A stretch of DNA of 64,000 nucleotides from Bacteroidota bacterium. Its GTDB lineage: Bacteria > Bacteroidota > Ignavibacteria > Ignavibacteriales > Melioribacteraceae. The notes beneath the pieces were generated by a model. The model was not told the DNA's origin. It saw nothing but the letters and a program-made list of their open reading frames with translations, and searched no databases. Of this stretch, positions 19,733 through 28,907 are shown piece after piece. The translations under genes and the position numbers were made by a program. The stretch covers positions 2,351-66,350 of the forward strand of contig JAKAKD010000001.1 of NCBI GenBank assembly GCA_021824635.1, in the 5' to 3' direction. How positions within the stretch are numbered: position 1 is the stretch's first letter; every line of letters starts with the position of its first letter.

Positions 19733-20518
19733 GTGATTTATTGGAATGTAAACCCCGACATTTTTTCAATAGGCCCCATTACTATACGATGGTACGGTCT
19801 ATTTTTTGCCATGTCTTTCTTGGTTGGTTACCAAATAATGCTTGTTATTTTCAATAAAGAAAAGAAAAGCGAGCAGGATTTAAATGATTTGGTCTGGGTA
19901 ATGATTCTTGGAACTGTTCTTGGCGCACGTATTGGTCACTGTCTCTTTTACAATCCTTCATATTATCTTAGACACCCGGAAGAAATTCTTCAAATTTGGA
20001 AAGGCGGATTAGCAAGTCATGGTGCTGCTATTGGAATTATGATAGCAATTTACTTTTATGTTAGAAAAAGAAAAGACATGACTTACTTATGGATATTTGA
20101 CCGCATAGTTATTACGGTTGCGCTTGCGGGATTTTTTATCCGTATGGGGAACCTTTTTAATTCCGAAATTATCGGTAAACCAACAAATTCTTCGTGGGGT
20201 TTTGTATTTACGTCTGTAGATATGATACCTCGTCATCCGGCTCAACTTTATGAATCGATTGCATATCTTTTCATCTTTTTCTTCCTGTTTTGGTTTTATT
20301 TTAAGAAAGAAGGGAAATTTAAACAGGGATTAATCTTTGGATTATTTCTTGTTCTGGTTTTTTCATTTAGATTTTTTGTAGAGTTTTTTAAAGAAAACCA
20401 ATCATCATTCGAAGCCGGAATGTTTCTTAATATGGGCCAGCTGCTTAGTATTCCCCTAGTTCTTTTAGGAATTTATCTTCTCTTCCGAAAAGAAAAAAAA
20501 GTAATTAGAATTCAATAA
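19733..20518 (+). CDS. lgt: prolipoprotein diacylglyceryl transferase
   Basis: N-terminal GPITIRWYGLFFAMSFLVGY, WKGGLASHGAAIG and the HPAQLYES motif characteristic of Lgt. Confidence 0.9.
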   Translation: MIYWNVNPDIFSIGPITIRWYGLFFAMSFLVGYQIMLVIFNKEKKSEQDLNDLVWVMILGTVLGARIGHCLFYNPSYYLRHPEEILQIWKGGLASHGAAIGIMIAIYFYVRKRKDMTYLWIFDRIVITVALAGFFIRMGNLFNSEIIGKPTNSSWGFVFTSVDMIPRHPAQLYESIAYLFIFFFLFWFYFKKEGKFKQGLIFGLFLVLVFSFRFFVEFFKENQSSFEAGMFLNMGQLLSIPLVLLGIYLLFRKEKKVIRIQ

Positions 20519-20535
20519 CTCGTTGAAAGATTGAT

Positions 20536-21690
20536 ATGAACTATAAATTATCCCTTACACGGATTGCTCTTTTTTTTACGCTTCCTACCTTTATTTTATT
20601 TACAGCATCAACACAGAAAAATAACTATGATTCATCCACAGATACACTCCGCTTTTCAGGTGAAAGTCATCTCCGCAATATCCGTCAATTAACCTTCGGC
20701 GGTAATAATGCAGAAGCATACTGGAGTTTCGACGACAAACAATTATCGTTTCAAAGCGATTGGAAAGGAATAAATAGTCAGCCATGCGATCAAATTTTCA
20801 AATTGAATATTGACGGCTCACCGCTGGAAAATGGAAAACGTTATATGCTCCTTTCAACGGGCAAAGGGAGAACCACTTGCAGCTACTTTCTAAAAGATGG
20901 AAGAATTATCTATGCATCCACTCATGCTGCAGATGATAAATGTCCCGAATCAAAAATGTTTGCTGGCGGAAGATACGTTTGGCCAATTTACAAGACTTAT
21001 GATATTTACGTCGCGGATAAGGACGGCTCTAATCCAAAAGTATTAATTGGTGGTGATGGTTATGATGCAGAGGCAACTGTATCCCCTGATGGAAAATATA
21101 TTATTTTTACCTCAACACGGTCTGGCGATTTAGAATTGTGGCGTTATGAAATTGAGACTAAAAAATTTTTACAGCTTACAAATACGCTTGGTTACGATGG
21201 CGGCGCTTTCTTTTCTAGAGATTCGAAACATATAGTCTGGCGTGCAAGTCGTCCGCAAGGTGAAGAGGCAGAAGTTTACAAAAAACTTCTTGCCGAAGGT
21301 TATGTTGAGCCGAAAGAATTAAATGTTTTTATGGCAGATATAGATGGGAAAAATGTTAAACAGGTAACAAAACTTCCGGGAGCGAATTGGGCTCCGTTCT
21401 TTCATCCTGACGGAAAAAGAATATTGTTCTGTTCAAATCACCATTCAATTGATAAAGGCGGAAGAATTTTTGATGTGTTTATGATAAATATTGATGGAAC
21501 GGGACTAGAGAAAATTACAAACTCAGAAACATTTGATGCATTCCCAATGTTTTCTTACGATGGTAAAAAAATAGTTTTCTGTTCAAATAGACAATCTGAT
21601 AGAAAACCGACACACGATACAAACATATTTATTGCTGATTGGATTGAAAAACCTGGAGAAGTAGATCTGAATTTTAAATCACTCAAGTAA
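20536..21690 (+). CDS. TolB-like PD40 beta-propeller protein
   Basis: Signal peptide and repeated PD40 blades (SPDGKYIIFTSTRSG, SRDSKHIVWRA, HPDGKRILFCSN, SYDGKKIVFCSNR). Confidence 0.7.
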   Translation: MNYKLSLTRIALFFTLPTFILFTASTQKNNYDSSTDTLRFSGESHLRNIRQLTFGGNNAEAYWSFDDKQLSFQSDWKGINSQPCDQIFKLNIDGSPLENGKRYMLLSTGKGRTTCSYFLKDGRIIYASTHAADDKCPESKMFAGGRYVWPIYKTYDIYVADKDGSNPKVLIGGDGYDAEATVSPDGKYIIFTSTRSGDLELWRYEIETKKFLQLTNTLGYDGGAFFSRDSKHIVWRASRPQGEEAEVYKKLLAEGYVEPKELNVFMADIDGKNVKQVTKLPGANWAPFFHPDGKRILFCSNHHSIDKGGRIFDVFMINIDGTGLEKITNSETFDAFPMFSYDGKKIVFCSNRQSDRKPTHDTNIFIADWIEKPGEVDLNFKSLK

Positions 21691-21719
21691 ATTATCTGGA
21701 CATTAGCGGTAATACGACT

Positions 21720-22145
21720 ATGACCGAAAAAGAATTTGCACAAAGCTGGGTTGACATTATCAAAAAGGAATTGAAATCATTTCCGGATGATTTTCTTAAA
21801 GAAACTGAATGTGAAGTTATTTCTTTACCAGGAAAACTTTTATTTCTTCCTCCTCCATTTTTTAATAATTATCAAATTACAGATGAAACCGGTGAAACCT
21901 ATATTTCAACCGACGATCATTTTAAGGCAAAGTACATTCTATACGGCAACAGAACAAAACCAGCCAACTTGAAATTACCGCTAAGAGATCTGCATATTTA
22001 TGAGACTGTCCGTGACTATGAAAAACATCTAGATGCATTTTTGAAGGATATGGAAAAAGATTTCAAGCAAACATTTCCCAATTCAAAAGGATTCAAGCGT
22101 ATTTCGCTTCAAGTTTTCAATTCACTAAATCTTACGCGTTTATAA
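21720..22145 (+). CDS. hypothetical protein
   Basis: 141-aa ORF with no recognisable motif. Its stop abuts the start of the following methyltransferase gene. Confidence 0.4.
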   Translation: MTEKEFAQSWVDIIKKELKSFPDDFLKETECEVISLPGKLLFLPPPFFNNYQITDETGETYISTDDHFKAKYILYGNRTKPANLKLPLRDLHIYETVRDYEKHLDAFLKDMEKDFKQTFPNSKGFKRISLQVFNSLNLTRL

Positions 22146-22146
22146 C

Positions 22147-23577
22147 TTGATTGAACTCAGCAGTAACATTAGTAATTACATCCTAGAGCATTTTGGCGAA
22201 AGCTATCTTGAACGCTACATCGAATACCACAGCAGTGACTATAAACCATATCTAAGAATTTCTCCTTTCGCCGATAAAGAGAAGTTGATTGTACAATTGA
22301 ATAGATATGGTATTATCCTAGAACCGATAGCAAACCTTCCAAGCGCATACCGTATTATTTCCGGCAGTGATGTTGTCAGCAAGACACTCGAGTTTATTCT
22401 TGGCAAGTATTATATACAGAGTTTATCATCAATGATACCCGCACTGGTGTTGAATCCAGAAGAGAATGAAGCCGTTTTAGATTTATGCGCGGCTCCCGGT
22501 TCAAAAACAACTCAGCTTGCAGAGCTTATGAATAACAAAGGAACTCTTATTGCCAATGAAATTTCTACGGAGCGCTTAAAGAGTTTAGTCTTCAATGTTG
22601 ATAAAATGAGCCTGGTGAATGTTGGAATTCTTCACGGCAAAGGGGAACTTTTAAGTAGGCAATTTGAAAATCGTTTCGATAAAATTTTAGTAGATGCGCC
22701 GTGCAGTGCTTTGGGAATTACTCAAAAGAAAGGTGAAGTAAGCAATTGGTGGGATGTTCGCAAAGCTGAAGCTATGTCAGATCAACAATTACGTCTGCTT
22801 ATTTCTGCTATAAAAATGTGCAAAGTTGGCGGAGAAATTGTTTATTCAACTTGCACATTAACACTTGAAGAAAATGAATTCGTCATCAATAAAGTTTTGA
22901 ATAAATATCCTGTTGAGTTAGCTGAAATAGAACTTCCGGTTAGCAGCCGGCAGGGATTTACGAATTATGGAACCGAAGTTCTTAATGCCGATCTGAAAAA
23001 ATCTCACCGCATTTTGCCATGGGAAATAAACAGTGAAGGTTTCTTTGTCGCAAAGCTGATTAAGACAGATAATGCGGAGCCGGTAGAGCGGTCTGGTCGT
23101 CAAGAAAGAAAATTTGAACTGATAAAATCTTCTAGCGGGAAAATTAAAAAATATATTGACGGGCTTTCGGAATATTATGGAATTCAGAGAGATATATTTG
23201 ATTCTTACAAATTTTTAATCAAGAATAACGATATTCATTTTGTGAATACGAATTGGAATAGCGAATATCTTGAATCGTTCAACCGGATAGGTACCCGCCT
23301 TGGCACAATTGATAAACGAGAAAATTTACAGCTCAACCCGCTTGCCGCACAAGTATTGAGTTTCGCAATTACAAAAAATATTGCTGAGCTTGAAAGCGTA
23401 GCAGAGCTTGATATTTACTTCAAAGGCGGAATAATCAAAAAATATTTTGAAATTGGCGGGCAACGGGTTGTAAAGTTTGGCGATTATTTTCTCGGAACAG
23501 CAGTCGCTTCAAAAGAAGGATTGAAAAGTCAGTTTCCGAGAGCATTCAGAACGCAAGAAATTATTTTGCCACATTAA
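22147..23577 (+). CDS. RsmB/RsmF-family rRNA cytosine-C5 methyltransferase
   Basis: SAM-binding CAAPGSKTTQ, DKILVDAPCSALG (motif IV Cys) and YSTCTL (motif VI Cys). The C-terminal extension resembles RsmF. Confidence 0.85.
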   Translation: MIELSSNISNYILEHFGESYLERYIEYHSSDYKPYLRISPFADKEKLIVQLNRYGIILEPIANLPSAYRIISGSDVVSKTLEFILGKYYIQSLSSMIPALVLNPEENEAVLDLCAAPGSKTTQLAELMNNKGTLIANEISTERLKSLVFNVDKMSLVNVGILHGKGELLSRQFENRFDKILVDAPCSALGITQKKGEVSNWWDVRKAEAMSDQQLRLLISAIKMCKVGGEIVYSTCTLTLEENEFVINKVLNKYPVELAEIELPVSSRQGFTNYGTEVLNADLKKSHRILPWEINSEGFFVAKLIKTDNAEPVERSGRQERKFELIKSSSGKIKKYIDGLSEYYGIQRDIFDSYKFLIKNNDIHFVNTNWNSEYLESFNRIGTRLGTIDKRENLQLNPLAAQVLSFAITKNIAELESVAELDIYFKGGIIKKYFEIGGQRVVKFGDYFLGTAVASKEGLKSQFPRAFRTQEIILPH

Positions 23578-23623
23578 AAGAGGGTGTCTCACAAGTAATT
23601 ATATAATAAAATAATCTGCGAAA

Positions 23624-23654
23624 ACTTGCCTACCTGAAGGCAAGTCAATTTTTT
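23624..23654 (+). terminator. intrinsic terminator after the methyltransferase gene
   Basis: ACTTGCCT / AGGCAAGT 8-bp stem followed by CAATTTTTT. Confidence 0.6.
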
Positions 23655-23721
23655 CTGTGTCATCTGCAGGCTATTCTATAACAAAATATTACTTTTGAGG
23701 CACCCTCCAAAATCAATTTAA

Positions 23722-25146
23722 TTACACATCAAAGTACTGCTCAAATTCAAACGGCGTAGGGCGCAATGCCGCCGGTTTGATTTCTTTTTCAGTTTTATAT
23801 TTTATCCAAGTGTTAATTACATCTTCAGTAAATACATCGCCTTTCAATAAGAACTCATGATCTGCAGCCAATGCTTTAAGCGCATGTCCAAGTGATTCCG
23901 GTGTGGAAGGAACATCTTTTAATTCTTCGGGAGACATGTCGTAAATATCTTTATCCAACGGTTCACCCGGATCAATTCTGTTTTGGATTCCGTCAAGGCC
24001 AGCCATTAATATAGCGGAGAAAGCAAGATAAGGATTTGCAGCTGGATCTGGACAACGGAATTCAACGCGTTTTGCCTTTGGGGAATTTCCAAAAGGAATA
24101 CGAATGGAAGCGCTTCTGTTGTTAGAAGAATATGCCAGGTTAACAGGCGCTTCATATCCTGGAACTAGACGTTTGTAAGAATTTGTTGTTGGATTTGTAA
24201 TTGCAAGTAAAGCGGGTGCATGGCGCAAAAGTCCGCCAATAAAATAAAGTGCCATCTCACTTAATCCCGCATACCCACCTCCTGCAAAAAGAGGTTTTCC
24301 TTTCAGCCATAAACTTGTATGAACGTGCATACCGCTTCCGTTATCTCCAAAGATTGGTTTTGGCATATATGTAACAGTTTTACCATTTTGTTTTGCGGTA
24401 TTCTTGACTACATATTTGAACATAAGTAATTGATCTGCGGCAGTTAGTAATGGTTTGAACTTCATATCTATTTCGCATTGACCACCGCTTGCTACTTCGT
24501 GATGTTGTGCTTCAACTTCAATTCCCAAATTTTCCAAATTCAAAACCATGTCATTACGAAGATCCATCAACTGATCTGTTGGAGGAACGGGGAAGTACCC
24601 TTCTTTGAATCTTGGTTTGTATCCTAAGTTTGGATTTTCTTCTCGGCCGCTATTCCATTTACCTTCAACTGAATCAACGGAATAGAACGAAAAGTTTGGA
24701 CCCGAATCGAAACGAACATCATCAAATACAAAAAACTCAGCTTCAGGTCCAAAGTAAGCTGTATCAGCAAATCCGGTAGATTTTAAGTAAGCGTCTGCTT
24801 TTTGAGCAATGTTTCTAGGACAGCGAGAGTATTTTTCTTTTGTAGCCGGTTCAAACACATCACAGATAAGTGAAATGGTTGGTGCTTTTATAAATGGATC
24901 TAAAAACATTGTACTTGCATCCGGAATGATAAGCATATCGCTTTCATTTATTGCTTTCCAACCGCGGATTGATGATCCATCGAACCCAAAGCCGTCTTCA
25001 AATGAATCTTGGCTAAATTGGCTTACTGGTACAGTGAAATGCTGCCACTGTCCGGGAAAATCCATGAACTTGAAATCAATGAACTGAATTTTATTTGCTT
25101 TAATAAAAGCAAGAACATTTTGCTCTGAAGAAGATGCCTTTGCCAT
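23722..25146 (-). CDS. glnA: glutamine synthetase, type I
   Basis: 474 aa with [36 protein letters not shown] and an N-terminal beta-grasp ([15 protein letters not shown]). Confidence 0.95.
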   Translation of the reverse strand: MAKASSSEQNVLAFIKANKIQFIDFKFMDFPGQWQHFTVPVSQFSQDSFEDGFGFDGSSIRGWKAINESDMLIIPDASTMFLDPFIKAPTISLICDVFEPATKEKYSRCPRNIAQKADAYLKSTGFADTAYFGPEAEFFVFDDVRFDSGPNFSFYSVDSVEGKWNSGREENPNLGYKPRFKEGYFPVPPTDQLMDLRNDMVLNLENLGIEVEAQHHEVASGGQCEIDMKFKPLLTAADQLLMFKYVVKNTAKQNGKTVTYMPKPIFGDNGSGMHVHTSLWLKGKPLFAGGGYAGLSEMALYFIGGLLRHAPALLAITNPTTNSYKRLVPGYEAPVNLAYSSNNRSASIRIPFGNSPKAKRVEFRCPDPAANPYLAFSAILMAGLDGIQNRIDPGEPLDKDIYDMSPEELKDVPSTPESLGHALKALAADHEFLLKGDVFTEDVINTWIKYKTEKEIKPAALRPTPFEFEQYFDV

Positions 25147-25610
25147 TATAACTCCTTTTTAGATTGTAAATGTAAACTCGTTGTTTCTTTTAGAGACGAT
25201 AAAACAAAACTTGTTATTGTTCTTGTAACTCCCTGCCAAGATTGAATTTTACTTAAAAGTGTTTCTAAATCTTTTGTTTCTTTTACAACTATTTTTAGAA
25301 TATGAGAACCTTCTCCAAGAATTGAATGACATTCTAAAATTTCCGGTGTCTTTTTCACATGCTCTGAAAATTTTTCATAACTTTTTGAAGAGTCCATAAT
25401 TACAGAAACAAATGCCATAATATCATAGCCAAACACATGACGGTTTAATTTGGTATAATAGCCTTCAATCACGCCGTGTTCTTCTAATTTTCTTAGACGT
25501 TCGCTTAAAGAGGGAATTGATAAACCTACTGCTTCTGCAAGCTCATTTCGTTTTGTCCTTCCGTTCTCCTGTAGCTTTTTTAATATTGTGATATCTAAGT
25601 CGTCCAGCAT
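25146..25610 (-). CDS. Lrp/AsnC-family transcriptional regulator
   Basis: N-terminal HTH ([44 protein letters not shown]) and a C-terminal RAM/ACT-like domain. Its stop overlaps the glnA ATG by 1 nt (TAATG). Confidence 0.88.
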   Translation of the reverse strand: MLDDLDITILKKLQENGRTKRNELAEAVGLSIPSLSERLRKLEEHGVIEGYYTKLNRHVFGYDIMAFVSVIMDSSKSYEKFSEHVKKTPEILECHSILGEGSHILKIVVKETKDLETLLSKIQSWQGVTRTITSFVLSSLKETTSLHLQSKKEL

Positions 25611-25857
25611 ATATATACTTATTTAATTAGGAAATAGCTAAATTTTGACTGAAAAAATAAGGCGGAATTTTTCAAAAAGCAAATTATATTCTATATCAAA
25701 TTGTTCCTAATTCATATTGGTATTTTATCTGTATATATAACTTCTAAAGAGCAGCCAGTTTAACTGTTGAAACATGCTTCTTTGAGCTTAATTTGAATAG
25801 CCCTTCCTAAATGTTTATCTTTGCCACTAAATTTAGATGTGGAGTGAAATTAAGTTT

Positions 25858-27624
25858 ATGAAGTTTAATAAAAGAACACACACTTGTGGAGAGTTAAGAG
25901 AAACAAACATTGGTCAAAATGTTGTTTTAAATGGTTGGGTTGCAATACGCCGTGATCTTGGCGGAGTAATTTTTATTGAGATGCGTGACCGTCATGGAAT
26001 AACTCAAGTTGTGTTTGAACCAAACTATAATTTAGAATCGCATGAGCAAGGGAAAAAATTACGAAGCGAGTATGTAATTTCTATAGAAGGTAAAGTTAGA
26101 AAACGCCCTGAAGGAACCGAGAACCTTTCGTTACCTACCGGACAAATAGACGTTATGGTAGATAAACTGATTATTCTTAATCAAGCAGAAACTCCGCCAT
26201 TCCCAATAGAAGACGGAATTGATGCACATGAAGATCTGCGTCTAAAATATCGTTATCTGGATCTTCGTCGAAATGAAATGCAAAAAAATCTTTTGCTTCG
26301 GCACCAGATGTATCAAATCACAAGGAAATACTTCGATGCGAATGGCTTTGTTGAAGTTGAAACTCCGATTTTAATGAAAAGTACCCCCGAAGGCGCGCGC
26401 GATTTTTTAGTCCCGAGCCGCATGCATAAAGGGAAATTTTATGCTCTACCGCAATCACCGCAGACTTACAAACAAATTTTAATGGTTGCCGGTATTGACA
26501 GATATTTTCAAATTGTAAAATGTTTCCGTGATGAAGATTTACGTGCCGACCGACAATACGAGTTTACACAGATAGACGTAGAAATGTCTTTTGTTGATGT
26601 TGAAGATATATTTGAAATAGTTGAAGGATTGATGAAAAACTTTTTCAAAGAAATTCTTAACCTAGAAATTGTTTCTCCAATTCCTCGTTTAAGTTTTAGT
26701 GAAGCTATGGAAAAATATGGAAGTGATAAACCAGACCTCCGCTTTGCGCTTGAAATGGTTACGCTAAATGAAGTTTTTGCAAAATCTGAATTCAGAGTTT
26801 TCAAAGAATCTGTGGCAAACAACGGAATTATAACAGCATTACTTGCAAAAGGATGTGGAGATTATACTAGAAATCAATTGGATGTTCTTACCGACTTTGT
26901 AAAAAAACTTGGTGCGGGCGGCTTAATCTGGATGCGTGTGAAAGAAAATGAACTTGAAGCGCCAATAGCAAAATTCTTATCTAGTGAAGAAAAAGAAAAT
27001 TTAATTAAGAAAATGAATGCTGAACCAGGAGATCTTTTATTTATTCTAACTGGTCCTAAACTTAAGACCCTTTCTTTAATGGGTTCATTACGTTTGGAAA
27101 TGGCTAAGCGAATGAATTTGATATTGCCCGGTGCAAAGCCATCTTTACTTTGGGTTACGGATTTCCCATTATTCGAGTGGGATGAAGAAACAAAACGGCT
27201 ATATGCAATGCACCATCCCTTTACTTCGCCTAGGGTAGAAGATATTCCTCTAATGGAAACAGATCCGTCAAATGTTAAAGCGCGTGCATATGATTTGGTA
27301 ATGAATGGAAATGAAATTGCGGGTGGAAGTATTCGAATTCACGATTCTGTTTTACAGTCAAAGATGTTTAAAACATTGGGAATTAGTGATGAAGAAGCCC
27401 AGGAGAAGTTTGGATTTTTGATGGGCGCATTCAAATATGGCGCTCCTCCTCATGGAGGTATAGCATTCGGTTTTGACCGGTTAGCTATGCTCTTTGCCGG
27501 AAGGGCTTCAATTAGAGATGTGATTGCATTCCCCAAAACTTCAAGCGGTATATCTTTGATGGATGAATCACCTTCTACAGTTGATGATTCACAATTAACA
27601 GAGCTACATATTAGAATCAAATAG
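25858..27624 (+). CDS. aspS: aspartate--tRNA ligase
   Basis: OB-fold N-terminus (CGELR...V.L.GWV...RD.GG.IF), motif 2 FRDEDLRADRQ.EFTQ and motif 3 GGIAFGFDRL. The track start at 25837 is also possible. Confidence 0.93.
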   Translation: MKFNKRTHTCGELRETNIGQNVVLNGWVAIRRDLGGVIFIEMRDRHGITQVVFEPNYNLESHEQGKKLRSEYVISIEGKVRKRPEGTENLSLPTGQIDVMVDKLIILNQAETPPFPIEDGIDAHEDLRLKYRYLDLRRNEMQKNLLLRHQMYQITRKYFDANGFVEVETPILMKSTPEGARDFLVPSRMHKGKFYALPQSPQTYKQILMVAGIDRYFQIVKCFRDEDLRADRQYEFTQIDVEMSFVDVEDIFEIVEGLMKNFFKEILNLEIVSPIPRLSFSEAMEKYGSDKPDLRFALEMVTLNEVFAKSEFRVFKESVANNGIITALLAKGCGDYTRNQLDVLTDFVKKLGAGGLIWMRVKENELEAPIAKFLSSEEKENLIKKMNAEPGDLLFILTGPKLKTLSLMGSLRLEMAKRMNLILPGAKPSLLWVTDFPLFEWDEETKRLYAMHHPFTSPRVEDIPLMETDPSNVKARAYDLVMNGNEIAGGSIRIHDSVLQSKMFKTLGISDEEAQEKFGFLMGAFKYGAPPHGGIAFGFDRLAMLFAGRASIRDVIAFPKTSSGISLMDESPSTVDDSQLTELHIRIK

Positions 27625-27778
27625 AATTACTTTAGAGAATTATATCCTCCCGAATTTACAGGTAAGTTCTACCCAAGAGATATTCCTATCCAAGTTAAGG
27701 AAAATTTTCCTTTGCATTAATCCTTTTGTTTTTTATATTATTTTCGAAGAAAATATGAAAATTCTGGTACTCCAAAAT

Positions 27779-27794
27779 TGGTCTGAATATTGAC
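27779..27794 (+). promoter_or_regulatory. weak candidate sigma54-type element upstream of pilin-like gene A
   Basis: TGGTCTGAATATTGAC has GG and TTG at the -24/-12 spacing, but the -12 reads GA instead of GC. It lies about 79 nt upstream of GTG 27873. Confidence 0.25.
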
Positions 27795-27872
27795 TCAACT
27801 GGAGCGTAATCGTAATTCTAAAATAGAATTTAACGGAAAAAATTACCAGCTATAGTTTTCTTGGAGATGTTT

Positions 27873-28265
27873 GTGGGTCAGCAACAGTTATTATTACTTG
27901 CACTTGGTGTTATTGTTATTGGTATTGCAATTGTTGTTGCCATCGGCGTATTTAATGCGAGCGCAATGGAATCTAACCGGGAAGCAGTAATTGCAGACTT
28001 AACAAACATTGCTTTAACGGCACAACAATATTATAGGAAAGCAGCAATTTTAACTGGCGGTTCTAATTCATTCACCGGTTGGATAATTCCACCTGGTTTG
28101 TTACAGACATTAAATATGAGTACTGCGGTAACTGCCACAATAGCCGCTCAATCGGTAACTTTAGTTGGTCTTGGTACGGAAATAGGCAAAAATGGTTCTT
28201 CTGTAGTTGGAGTAACAATGGTTGTTGGACCGAATGCGATTATTTCAACAACTGTAAATAATTAA
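27873..28265 (+). CDS. atypical type IV pilin-like protein A (N-terminus MGQQQLLLL)
   Basis: GTG 27873 is preceded by GGAGA at 5-6 nt spacing and gives the same N-terminus as paralog B. A ~25-aa hydrophobic helix is followed by an amphipathic segment (REAVIADLTNIALTAQQYYRK) and a Thr/Val-rich beta region. The track start at 27861 adds MEMF. Confidence 0.65.
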   Translation: MGQQQLLLLALGVIVIGIAIVVAIGVFNASAMESNREAVIADLTNIALTAQQYYRKAAILTGGSNSFTGWIIPPGLLQTLNMSTAVTATIAAQSVTLVGLGTEIGKNGSSVVGVTMVVGPNAIISTTVNN

Positions 28266-28323
28266 GATTTGTTTTAATTATATCACTTTCAAATGTGTAC
28301 TAAGAATATTTTAGAATAATTTA

Positions 28324-28339
28324 TGGCACAGTTAATGAT
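28324..28339 (+). promoter_or_regulatory. weak candidate sigma54-type element upstream of pilin-like gene B
   Basis: TGGCACAGTTAATGAT has a perfect -24 TGGCAC, but the -12 reads TGA rather than TGC. It lies about 99 nt upstream of ATG 28438. Confidence 0.3.
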
Positions 28340-28437
28340 TTATAAAATAAAGGGAAATATCTTTACACAAATTTATATAATTAATACGGGTTCTATTTTC
28401 TTTTAACTAATCAACAACAATAAAAGGAGTTACAAAA

Positions 28438-28827
28438 ATGGGTCAACAACAATTATTACTTATCGTTCTCGGCGTTATCATTGTCGGTATCGCTGTTGTA
28501 GTTGGTATCAATGTTTTTACCGCAAGTGCGGCTTCATCCAACCGTGATGCAGTTATTGCTGATTTAACAACAATTGGTTCCATGGCACAAGGATATTACA
28601 GAAAACCAACAGCGCTTGGTGGCGGAAATAATACATTTACCGGTTGGGTAGTACCGGCACAATTAGCACAAACATCAAACATGAGTGCAGCTGTTACACC
28701 AACTGTTGCAGCACAATCGGTAACTCTTGTTGGTGTTGGCACAGAAACAGGCAATGACGGTTCTACCAAGGTTAAGGCTACTATGACGGTAACACCTACT
28801 GCTATGACAACAGTAGTAGATAATTAA
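28438..28827 (+). CDS. atypical type IV pilin-like protein B (N-terminus MGQQQLLLI)
   Basis: The ATG is preceded by AAGGAG at 8-nt spacing. An in-frame TAA 30 nt upstream excludes a longer leader. About 60% identical by eye to paralog A. No Cys residues. Confidence 0.75.
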   Translation: MGQQQLLLIVLGVIIVGIAVVVGINVFTASAASSNRDAVIADLTTIGSMAQGYYRKPTALGGGNNTFTGWVVPAQLAQTSNMSAAVTPTVAAQSVTLVGVGTETGNDGSTKVKATMTVTPTAMTTVVDN

Positions 28828-28855
28828 TTTTTAATTGGAATTTTCTTAAATTGAA

Positions 28856-28886
28856 AGCCGGTAGAACATAGTCTATCGGCTTTTTC
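28856..28886 (+). terminator. intrinsic terminator/attenuator between pilin-like gene B and the PilC-like gene
   Basis: AGCCGGTAGA / TCTATCGGCT 10-bp stem followed by TTTTTC. Confidence 0.7.
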
Positions 28887-28907
28887 ATTTAATAAAGAAA
28901 TATCACA

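Noticed and set aside
27755-27793. 12-codon mini-ORF MKILVLQNWSEY upstream of pilin-like gene A
   Set aside because: It has no ribosome-binding site and no amino-acid bias suggesting a leader peptide. It overlaps the candidate -24/-12 element and is probably fortuitous.
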